Shown: positions 1 to 7,145 of the stretch, one piece after another
How the letters are laid out: every line of letters starts with the position of its first letter
Numbering within the stretch: position 1 is the stretch's first letter
Assembly: GCA_947586255.1 (NCBI GenBank)
Contig: CANPXP010000005.1
Coordinates: 4,914-68,913 of the forward strand
Source: an uncultured Lachnospiraceae bacterium
GTDB lineage: Bacteria; Bacillota; Clostridia; Lachnospirales; Lachnospiraceae
Reading direction: 5' to 3'
Length of the DNA: 64,000 bases
Program-made: the position numbers and the translations under genes
The notes under the pieces: model-generated
Database searches by the model: none
What the model was told of the DNA's origin: nothing
What the model saw: the letters and a program-made list of their open reading frames with translations, nothing else

Positions 1-363
1 TGCCCGCTGCTTGCGGCCTATGCAAAGTTCACGGCTGTGTGCCGTGCATACCTAGCGCGGGGAATGGAGAGGCGGGCGGCCTATGAGAAAGCGGTGGAGT
101 ACTGTATTAAGCACGATATCCTGAGAGATTTTCTGAGAAAAAACAGAGCGGAGGTGATCGGCATGCTGCTGGCAGATTTTGATGCGGAGAAATATGAGAG
201 GACAATTCGGCAGGAGGGCGTAGAGGAAGGAATAGAGCAAGGCTGCATGGATGCAGCGCGGCGTATGCTGCAGGATGGAAAACTGCCGCTTGAAAAGATT
301 GCACTGTATTCCGACCTGCCGCTGGAGAAAGTGCGGAAGCTGGCCGAGCTGGCACTGGTATAA
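1..363 (+). CDS. Rpn-family (PD-(D/E)XK) nuclease, C-terminal part (5' end outside window)
   Basis: Near-identical to the 3' part of the full copy at 3629-4537 (offset 4162); ends in the RQEGVEEGIEQG tail typical of Rpn proteins. Confidence 0.85.
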   Translation, partial: CPLLAAYAKFTAVCRAYLARGMERRAAYEKAVEYCIKHDILRDFLRKNRAEVIGMLLADFDAEKYERTIRQEGVEEGIEQGCMDAARRMLQDGKLPLEKIALYSDLPLEKVRKLAELALV

Positions 364-380
364 AATGAGGCGTGGACCTA

Positions 381-409
381 TTGCAATTCAAAGTGGATCA
401 TGCTATGAT
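381..409 (+). promoter_or_regulatory. sigma-A type promoter upstream of rpn copy 2
   Basis: TTGCAA-17nt-TATGAT with extended -10 TG; same boxes conserved at 3454-3482 while the spacer differs. Confidence 0.7.
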
Positions 410-417
410 CGAGGCAG

Positions 418-518
418 ACATATCTGGGAAGTCTGACAGTTCTGATCGCACGTCTTGCAATTCTGTTCTGAGAGAATCCCTTATATGTACACAAAATCGA
501 ATAAGGGAGGAAGGAAGA
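418..518 (+). repeat. 101-bp direct repeat (rpn 5' leader), copy A
   Basis: Identical to 3528-3628; contains the hairpin TCCCTTAT/ATAAGGGA overlapping the RBS. Confidence 0.95.
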
Positions 519-519
519 G

Positions 520-987
520 AAAGCCTATGTTTCGGACTACAGGCTGAATCTGTACGACTGCCGGGCGCACGAGAACTTTTCGGAGTACCGGACAGGGCTC
601 AGACAGGTGTTTGAGACAGTGCGCTACGGGGATGACAAGAGGAAGCTGAAGGAGCTCATGGAGGAGAACCGGGAGGCTTATGAGAGCATAGACAGCGATA
701 CGCGGGAGATGATCGAAGTGATGGCGAATGTGAAGATACCGGAGGAGTACGGGCGTATGGTGCAGGAGAACGACAGAGAGGAGAAGAGATACGATATGTG
801 CAAGGCGTTTGAAGATTACAGACAGGAAGGCGTGGAGGAAGGAATAGAGCAAGGAATAGAAAAGGGCCGCATGGATGCGGCGCGGCGTATGCTGCAGGAT
901 GGAAAACTGTCGCTTGAAAAGATTGCGCTGTATTCCGGTCTGCCGCTGGAGAAAGTGCGGGAGCTGGCCGAGCCGGCTATGGTATAG
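520..987 (+). pseudogene. N-terminally deleted Rpn-family gene (C-terminal module only)
   Basis: The leader/RBS runs straight into mid-protein sequence KAYVSDYRLNLYDC with no ATG; ends in MCKAFEDYRQEG...LAEPAMV. Confidence 0.75.
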
Positions 988-1009
988 CATTCAGATTGGA
1001 GGTTTTACG

Positions 1010-1045
1010 AGACGGGTCTGTCGATGATGACAGGCCTGTTTTTTT
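1010..1045 (+). terminator. Rho-independent terminator
   Basis: ACGGGTCTGTC/GACAGGCCTGT stem then T-run; the copy at 4560-4592 differs at stem positions but keeps pairing via G-U. Confidence 0.75.
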
Positions 1046-1051
1046 GTGCAT

Positions 1052-1125
1052 TTTGAACAAAAATGAAAAAAAGTTTGAACAAATTTTGAAAAAAGTTTGA
1101 ATTTATGAGGTAGAGGTGATATGAT
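1052..1125 (+). promoter_or_regulatory. sigma-A promoter preceded by phased TTTGAA repeats
   Basis: TTGAAT(1097)-17nt-TATGAT(1120) with extended TG; TGAA cores at 1054, 1064, 1076, 1087, 1098. Confidence 0.7.
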
Positions 1126-1250
1126 AATAGCAGTGAGGATTCAGAGATTGTAAAGACAGTGCCTGTGACTATCATAAAGTTATAGGAAATAAAGCCGGAT
1201 GCGGGCAGAGAGAGTATATTGAGGAGCGAAAAGTGGTGCAGAGTAATAGA

Positions 1251-1427
1251 ATGGAAACGGCTCAAAAAATTCATGAGGCATATATGCAATGCAAGGAGAT
1301 TTTTGATCCGGGCAAGATATTGATGAATGTGGCGGTTAATATAAATGATGAGGAAGAAGATTTGTTTTTCCGCACAGTGAGTGATTTTTTTATCCAACAA
1401 CGACAGAAAGAGGTTATAAACCGATAA
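1251..1427 (+). CDS. small protein, putative antitoxin partner of the downstream ATPase
   Basis: 58-aa ORF from ATG1251 (GTG1233 alternative) directly upstream of a zeta-toxin-like gene; low GC. Confidence 0.55.
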   Translation: METAQKIHEAYMQCKEIFDPGKILMNVAVNINDEEEDLFFRTVSDFFIQQRQKEVINR

Positions 1428-1430
1428 AAT

Positions 1431-2000
1431 ATAGAACAGACCAAAACTTATACACTCTATGCAGGGGTAAACGGAGCAGGAAAGTCTACCATTTATGCCA
1501 GTATAGGAATGAATTCGAATGAAGAAAGGGTCAATTCCGATGAGATTTTGATCGCAAACGGCGGTGATTGGAAAAATGAAAAAGATCAGGCTGATACCAT
1601 GCGCGAGGCGGTTAAAAGGATCAATCATTTTATAGAAGCAGGGATATCTTTTAATCAGGAAACCACGTTAGCAGGGCGCTCTATTTTGAGAACAATGAAA
1701 AAAGCAAAAACGTATGGATTTTATGTGAGTATGTTTTATATTGGACTCAGGGATGCAGATTTGGCGGTAGAAAGAGTGAGAAAACGAGTACGTGAGGGTG
1801 GCCATGGCGTGGAGGAAACTTTGATAAGGAAAAGATATGTTGCTTCTCTTGCAATGCTCAAAGAAGCATTGCCGTTATGTGATGTGGCGGCGATTTATGA
1901 CAATTCACAGAGGCTGAATCTAGTTGCAAAATATGTAGATGGAGTATGGACGCTTTTTGATAGTGAGTGTGATTGGCTCCTTAAAGTTGGATTGCAATAG
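1431..2000 (+). CDS. zeta-toxin-like P-loop ATPase/kinase; canonical start codon missing
   Basis: Walker A AGVNGAGKST (1461-1490) in frame upstream of ATG1509; FNQETTLAG and GGHGV..IRKRY motifs. Confidence 0.75.
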   Translation: MEQTKTYTLYAGVNGAGKSTIYASIGMNSNEERVNSDEILIANGGDWKNEKDQADTMREAVKRINHFIEAGISFNQETTLAGRSILRTMKKAKTYGFYVSMFYIGLRDADLAVERVRKRVREGGHGVEETLIRKRYVASLAMLKEALPLCDVAAIYDNSQRLNLVAKYVDGVWTLFDSECDWLLKVGLQ

Positions 2001-2253
2001 GTTTATAGGTGGTTTAGCATAGCGGACGGGATGGCGGATGCGAAGGTGATCGGCTGTACGAAGATGAGGGTTGACGGAAAGAGAAGACGGGCCGATATAA
2101 TATATGGGCAATGGCCATGCGAGGCATATATCAATAGAATAGATTATATAAAATGAATGAAAAGCCGCGGCGCGTAGGGGGCTGGGCGTTTCAGATAGAG
2201 CGGCGTCGCAAGATGCGCGCGAACATAAAAATAAGAAAAGGAGAAGAAGAGAA

Positions 2254-2718
2254 ATGAAAAAAATGAACAACAAAGGTTTTTCACTCGTTGAGTTGATCAT
2301 CGTTATCGCTATCATGGCGATCCTGATCGTCGTACTTGCTCCTCAGTACTTAAAGTACGTAGAGAGATCACGTAACTCAACGGACCTGCAGACGGCGAGA
2401 GAGTTCATGGACGCATGTGAGATATGGGCATCTGATCCTGAGGCAGATCCTCCATTCACAAAAGGCTATACCTTCAAAATTAGCCATACTGGGGCTAAAA
2501 CAGATGCAACGGATCTTACTGAGGCGGATAAAGTGGTTGAGGCGGCACTGAAGTCTACAGGTTTGAGCAAAGAGGATTTCAAATGCCAGAGTAAAACAAA
2601 ATGGACAGTATTAGAGTTACAGGGAAAGGTTGGGGATGACGGCTCTATTGCTTGGTGGTCAACTCAGTCGGATTTTGCTACAGCGATGGGCTTGCCAACA
2701 TCGGCTCCTACACCGTAA
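2254..2718 (+). CDS. pilA: type IV major pilin (prepilin)
   Basis: Class III signal KG|FSLVELIIVIAIMAIL with E5; 154 aa; AAGGAG RBS. Confidence 0.88.
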   Translation: MKKMNNKGFSLVELIIVIAIMAILIVVLAPQYLKYVERSRNSTDLQTAREFMDACEIWASDPEADPPFTKGYTFKISHTGAKTDATDLTEADKVVEAALKSTGLSKEDFKCQSKTKWTVLELQGKVGDDGSIAWWSTQSDFATAMGLPTSAPTP

Positions 2719-2759
2719 ATAGTAGTAGTGCTGAAGTAGCTATGCAATAAAAACGTATA

Positions 2760-3293
2760 AGCAGTTGTTGTGCGATAGAATAGAACTGCATTGTGAATGA
2801 CACTCACGTTCTCTGCAGGATATAGAAACATATTAGTCATGAGGCTCTTGTTCCAGCAGACAGAGGTGAGCAGCCACCACAGTATTAATGTGGCGCGACA
2901 AGATTTTCCACGCTGATTTGGGAGTGGTCTCATAATAGTAGTTGACGACTAAGCATGAGAGGCGTTCGATGTCGGGCGGAACATGGCCGGGTGGCAGTGG
3001 CCCTTGCAGGGCAGAGAGATTATTTTCGGCATGGCTATTTGAATCGCAGTTGACTGCTAAGATCGTGTGCGGCAGATGATCGGCGGGCAAAGCGGCTTTT
3101 GCGCGGACGCAGGGCATCATGGAACGACGGAACAGAGCGTTTCGCGCGGGGCTGTTTCCGACAGTGCCGCAGAATACTGCATTTTACAAAAGATAAGATA
3201 CCACGTCATATCAGGCAAACGTCCCTACGGCTTGCCTGACAGGGGCGAACCTTATATGGCGTGAAAGAATAGCTTGTTTTAGCTTGAACACAA
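2760..3293 (+). ncRNA. candidate large structured RNA or structured 3' UTR downstream of pilin
   Basis: No credible ORF; consecutive nested multi-stem domains with G-U pairs consistent with the + strand; ends at a strong terminator. Confidence 0.45.
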
Positions 3294-3327
3294 GCCGCGG
3301 GTGCAGAAATGTACCCGCGGCCTTTTT
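3294..3327 (+). terminator. Rho-independent terminator
   Basis: GCCGCGGGTGCA-GAAA-TGTACCCGCGGC followed by CTTTTT. Confidence 0.88.
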
Positions 3328-3424
3328 GCGCGAACGAGCGGTGCGAAGCATCGCGAGTCTGCTTATGAGCGAATAAGCAGTTCCGAAGAGCTTACGAAAA
3401 GGCCCGACGAGGCGAGTGCGCGAA
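3328..3424. repeat. REP-like multi-hairpin element
   Basis: GCGGTGC-GAA-GCATCGC and CTGCTTAT/ATAAGCAG hairpins inside an outer GCGCG stem; single copy in the window. Confidence 0.4.
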
Positions 3425-3453
3425 ATACCGTTTAAAATATTTTTAATAATCTA

Positions 3454-3482
3454 TTGCAATGCCGGCGCGGCTGTGCTATGAT
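3454..3482 (+). promoter_or_regulatory. sigma-A promoter of the full-length rpn
   Basis: TTGCAA-17nt-TATGAT, extended -10, AT-rich upstream tract. Confidence 0.72.
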
Positions 3483-3527
3483 CAAGTTAAGTTTGGAGCC
3501 GGAGGGTTCTGACACAGACATACGCAT

Positions 3528-3628
3528 ACATATCTGGGAAGTCTGACAGTTCTGATCGCACGTCTTGCAATTCTGTTCTGAGAGAATCCCTTATATGTAC
3601 ACAAAATCGAATAAGGGAGGAAGGAAGA
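3528..3628 (+). repeat. 101-bp direct repeat (rpn 5' leader), copy B
   Basis: Identical to 418-518; ends immediately before ATG3629. Confidence 0.95.
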
Positions 3629-4537
3629 ATGGGAACGAAAGACAAGGAGACGACCCAGACCGTGCAGGGCAGGGTGTCGCGCAGCGTGAAGGACGGTATG
3701 TTCCGTGCGCTGTTTAAGGAGGACAGGGAGGCGCTGCTGCAGTTGTACAACGCGTTGAACGGCACAGAGTATACGGACGCCGCGGCGCTTGAGATCGTCA
3801 CGATCGAGAACGCGGTGTATATCGTGATGAAGAACGATCTGGCCTTTGTGCTGATGAATACGCTGAATCTGTACGAACATCAGAGCAGCGTAAACGCCAA
3901 CCTGCCGGTGCGGTTTCTGCTGTATCTGGCGGAGGAGTATCAGAGGCTGCTCGAAGGCATAGAGCAGAGCATCTATGGCAAGAAGCAGATCCGACTGCCC
4001 CTGCCCAGGTGCGTGGTCTTCTACAACGGGGAAGAGGAGCGGCCGGACCGGTGGGAGATGCGCCTGTCGGACGCCTTCGCGGCGGACGGGAAAGCGGATG
4101 CGGAGCTGCGGGTGCAGGTGTATAACATCAACCAAGGTCACAGCAGGGAGCTGATGGAGAAGTGCCCGCTGCTTGCGGCCTACGCAAAGTTCACGGCTGT
4201 GTGCCGCGCATACCTAGCGCGGGGAATGGAGAGGCGGGCGGCCTATGAGAAAGCGGTGAAATACTGTATCAAGCATAATATTCTGAGAGACTTTCTGAGA
4301 AAAAACAGAGCGGAGGTGATCGGCATGCTGCTGACAGATTTTGATGCTGAGAAATATGAGAGGACAATCCGGCAGGAGGGCGTGGAGGAAGGAATAGAAC
4401 AGGGAATAGAGCGGGGCCGCATGGATGATGCACGGCGCATGCTGCAGGCAGGAAGGCTGTCCTGCGAGGAAATTGCCGAGTACACGGCGCTGCCGCTGGA
4501 GAAAGTGCGGAAGCTGGCCGAACCGGCTATGGTATAG
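3629..4537 (+). CDS. Rpn-family recombination-promoting nuclease / putative transposase (PD-(D/E)XK)
   Basis: KDGMFRALF, KNDLAF, LYEHQSS.N.NLPVR.L.Y, VVFYNG motifs and EEG-repeat tail. Confidence 0.88.
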   Translation: MGTKDKETTQTVQGRVSRSVKDGMFRALFKEDREALLQLYNALNGTEYTDAAALEIVTIENAVYIVMKNDLAFVLMNTLNLYEHQSSVNANLPVRFLLYLAEEYQRLLEGIEQSIYGKKQIRLPLPRCVVFYNGEEERPDRWEMRLSDAFAADGKADAELRVQVYNINQGHSRELMEKCPLLAAYAKFTAVCRAYLARGMERRAAYEKAVKYCIKHNILRDFLRKNRAEVIGMLLTDFDAEKYERTIRQEGVEEGIEQGIERGRMDDARRMLQAGRLSCEEIAEYTALPLEKVRKLAEPAMV

Positions 4538-4675
4538 CATTCAGATTGGAAGTTTTATGAAACAGGTCTGTCGATGATGACGGGCCTGTTTTGTGCATTT
4601 TGAACAAAAATGAAAAAAAGTTTGAACAAATTTTGAAAAAAGTTTGAATTTGTGAGGCATGGGTGATATGATAAT
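4491..4675 (+). repeat. ~185-bp direct repeat copy B (terminator 4560-4592; promoter TTGAAT4644/TATGAT4667 for pilD)
   Basis: Matches 941-1127. Confidence 0.9.
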
Positions 4676-4701
4676 TGTGATAAGGTATGTAAGGAGATCG
4701 C

Positions 4702-5454
4702 ATGTTCGCTGATATTTTATTTTACGCAGTCATATTTCTGTTCGGAATCGTGATCGGCAGCTTCCTGAATGTCTGCATCTATCGCATTCCGAAGCATGAA
4801 GACATCGTGAAGACGCGATCGCACTGCATGTCCTGCGGGCATACGCTTGCGTGGTACGACATGTTTCCGCTGTTCAGCTATCTGTTTCTCGGCGGGCGGT
4901 GCCGTTACTGCAAGGCGAAGCTCTCTGTGCAGTATCCTCTGATCGAGGCATTGAACGGAATCTTATATGCAGGGATTGTGCTCCTGCACGGGGTTGGCAT
5001 TGACTCTGTGCTGCTGTGCTTTCTCGCCTCCGCGCTTCTCGTGCTGAGCGTGATTGACTTTCGCACTTATGAGATTCCGTTTGGCATCAATCTTCTGATA
5101 CTGGCGCTTGGCGTGGTGCGGACTGCGCTGGATCTGCAGCATATTGCGGATCATCTGATCGGGTTGGTGTCGGTCAGCGCGGTGCTGGCGCTTCTCTACT
5201 ATGCGTCGAAAGGGCGTGCGATCGGCGGGGGCGACGTGAAGCTGATGGCGGCCTGCGGGCTTTTTCTCGGCTGGAAACAGGCGATCTTCGCGTTTCTGGC
5301 GGGCTGCGTTCTGGGCGCGGTGATCCATGTGCTTCGCATGAGGATCAGCGGACAGGATCATGTGCTCGCCATGGGTCCGTATCTGAGCGCGGGCGTTCTG
5401 ATCGCGGCACTGTGGGGAGAACAGCTGATTGGCTGGTATCTGGGGATGTTTTAA
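4702..5454 (+). CDS. pilD: prepilin peptidase
   Basis: GSFLNVCIYRIP, RSHCxxC...GGRCRYC and GGGDVKL motifs; AAGGAG RBS. Confidence 0.95.
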   Translation: MFADILFYAVIFLFGIVIGSFLNVCIYRIPKHEDIVKTRSHCMSCGHTLAWYDMFPLFSYLFLGGRCRYCKAKLSVQYPLIEALNGILYAGIVLLHGVGIDSVLLCFLASALLVLSVIDFRTYEIPFGINLLILALGVVRTALDLQHIADHLIGLVSVSAVLALLYYASKGRAIGGGDVKLMAACGLFLGWKQAIFAFLAGCVLGAVIHVLRMRISGQDHVLAMGPYLSAGVLIAALWGEQLIGWYLGMF

Positions 5455-5493
5455 AAAGATCATACAAAAGGGGACTGAAAGGAGAAACGATCA

Positions 5494-7134
5494 ATGGCCG
5501 GTAAAGCTATCAGTATTGAGATCGGTTATTCGCTGACGAGAGTCTGCGAGGTTGATTACAAGGCGAAGACGCACAGAGTATACAGGCGCTTCATGATACC
5601 GACGCCGGAGGGCGTGATGAACGACGGCGTGCTGAGGGTGACGCCCGAGTACGTGGAGGAGCTGCGGAAGGCGATCGCAAGCAACAAGATGAAGGCGAAA
5701 CAGGTGGTGTTCACCATCACTTCGGGACGCATCAACAGCCGTGAGGTGATGATCCCCATGGTTAAGGATAACCGTATCGCGGACGTTGTGGCGGCGAACG
5801 CCTCGGAGTATTTTCCGGTGGATTTAAGCCAGTTCGAGCTGGCGCACAATATTCTGGGCGTGGTCGGCGAGAAGAAGGGGCAGCAGCAGTATAAGCTGCT
5901 CGTGATGGCGGCGCCGAAGGCGCTTCTGGCGAACTACTACGATCTGGCCAAAGAGCTGAAGCTGGAGCTGGCAGCCATCGACTATGCCGGAAACAGCGTT
6001 TTCCAGGTGGCCAAGGATAAGGTTTCCAAGGGCACGAGCCTGGTCGTGAAGATCGACGAGCGCTCGACGCTGGTGCTGGCGATCCAGAACTCGGTGCTGA
6101 CTTTTACCAGAAACCTGCCCTACGGCGTGGATGAGGCGTTCCAGACGATCATAGATTCCAGCAGATGGACCAAGACGGACACGGTCGTGGAGGCGATGGA
6201 CGCGATGGCGCTGAACGAGTGCACGGCGTTCCCGGAGATTGTCGAGGCGCTTGAGCCCGTCGTGAGCAATATCTCCCGCGTGGTCGATTACTACGTCTCG
6301 CACAACGCGGATGTTCAGGTGGAAAAGATCTACATAACGGGCGTCGGCGCGGACATCAAGGGCATGGCGGAGTTCATGGCCAGAGAGATCAGCTATCCGA
6401 TCGAGGTGCTGCGTCAGGTGGAGGGCTGGAAGCTGGAGCAGAGCTTCCGGACACAGTTCTACGGCGGCTATGTGGCCTGCGTGGGCGCTGCGGCTGCTCC
6501 GCTGGGCTTTAAGAAGGATGAGAAAAAGAAGAAAAAGGACGCGGCGGCCTCGGCGGCGGGCAAGAAGGGCGGCGTCAACTTGGCGCCGATCGCGTATACG
6601 ATTCTGGGCGTCGGCGTGGCGGCCGGCGTGGTGTTGGTGGTTCTGTCGGTGCTCCGGCTGATGGAAGCGCAGCGGCAGAATATGGAGCTGATGGCGCAGA
6701 ACAGCGCTTTGGAGGAAATTATTCCTATTTATAATGAATACGTGGCGACACAGAGCACCTACAATCTGGTGCAGTCCATGTATTCCATGACGGAGAACAG
6801 AAACGAGGAACTGGTGGAGTTCCTGGAGGAACTGGAGACGAAGCTGCCCTCGGACGTGCATGTGGTATCTCTCAACAGCACGATCGACGGCGTGGCGATC
6901 AGCATGACCGTGAGCACGAAGAGCGAGGCGGCGGTGGCGATCGAACAGCTCCGCACGTTTGAAAGCCTGATTCCGACCAGCGTTACGGTCAACTCCGTAG
7001 TGGAGGAAATCGACGAGGAGACGGGCGCGTCGAGCGTCAACTTCGCCGTGGCGGCGATCTATCAGGATATGGATTATGTACCGGAAGATGAGGCCGCGGC
7101 AGAAGATGCGGCGGCGGACGGCACGGCAGAGTAG
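5494..7134 (+). CDS. pilM: type IV pilus assembly protein, PilM-PilN fusion
   Basis: Actin-like N-terminus (ISIEIG, VVKID, IYITGVGA), one TM helix, then coiled coil and PilN-like domain. Confidence 0.85.
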   Translation: MAGKAISIEIGYSLTRVCEVDYKAKTHRVYRRFMIPTPEGVMNDGVLRVTPEYVEELRKAIASNKMKAKQVVFTITSGRINSREVMIPMVKDNRIADVVAANASEYFPVDLSQFELAHNILGVVGEKKGQQQYKLLVMAAPKALLANYYDLAKELKLELAAIDYAGNSVFQVAKDKVSKGTSLVVKIDERSTLVLAIQNSVLTFTRNLPYGVDEAFQTIIDSSRWTKTDTVVEAMDAMALNECTAFPEIVEALEPVVSNISRVVDYYVSHNADVQVEKIYITGVGADIKGMAEFMAREISYPIEVLRQVEGWKLEQSFRTQFYGGYVACVGAAAAPLGFKKDEKKKKKDAAASAAGKKGGVNLAPIAYTILGVGVAAGVVLVVLSVLRLMEAQRQNMELMAQNSALEEIIPIYNEYVATQSTYNLVQSMYSMTENRNEELVEFLEELETKLPSDVHVVSLNSTIDGVAISMTVSTKSEAAVAIEQLRTFESLIPTSVTVNSVVEEIDEETGASSVNFAVAAIYQDMDYVPEDEAAAEDAAADGTAE

Positions 7135-7145
7135 GAGGGCGGACA

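Larger units (their letters stand above)
941..1127 (+). repeat. ~185-bp imperfect direct repeat (rpn 3' end + terminator + promoter), copy A
   Basis: Matches 4491-4675 with scattered substitutions. Confidence 0.9.

Noticed and set aside
1052-1100. LexA/DinR SOS box (GAAC-N4-GTTC)
   Set aside because: GAAC half-sites lack the GTTC partner
2826-2952. Group I intron R/S-like words (GACGACTA, ATATTAGTC)
   Set aside because: They occur in the wrong order (S before R) and no interrupted exon is present
3211-3250. c-di-GMP-I (GEMM) riboswitch suggested by GGCAAAC
   Set aside because: No following GNRA hairpin or GACGCAAAGC, and it lies 3' of the gene; no such riboswitch seen upstream of pilA or flgB either
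3202-3263. HDV-like, hammerhead or pistol ribozyme
   Set aside because: No P3/L3/P4 nested double pseudoknot, no CUGANGA/GAAA core; pistol linkers absent
1-4675. IS/composite transposon or diversity-generating retroelement
   Set aside because: No terminal inverted repeats, target duplication, DDE transposase or reverse transcriptase; copy differences are not obviously adenine-specific
5494-7134. PilM-PilN fusion as a novelty
   Set aside because: Fused PilMN is already known in clostridial type IV pilus loci
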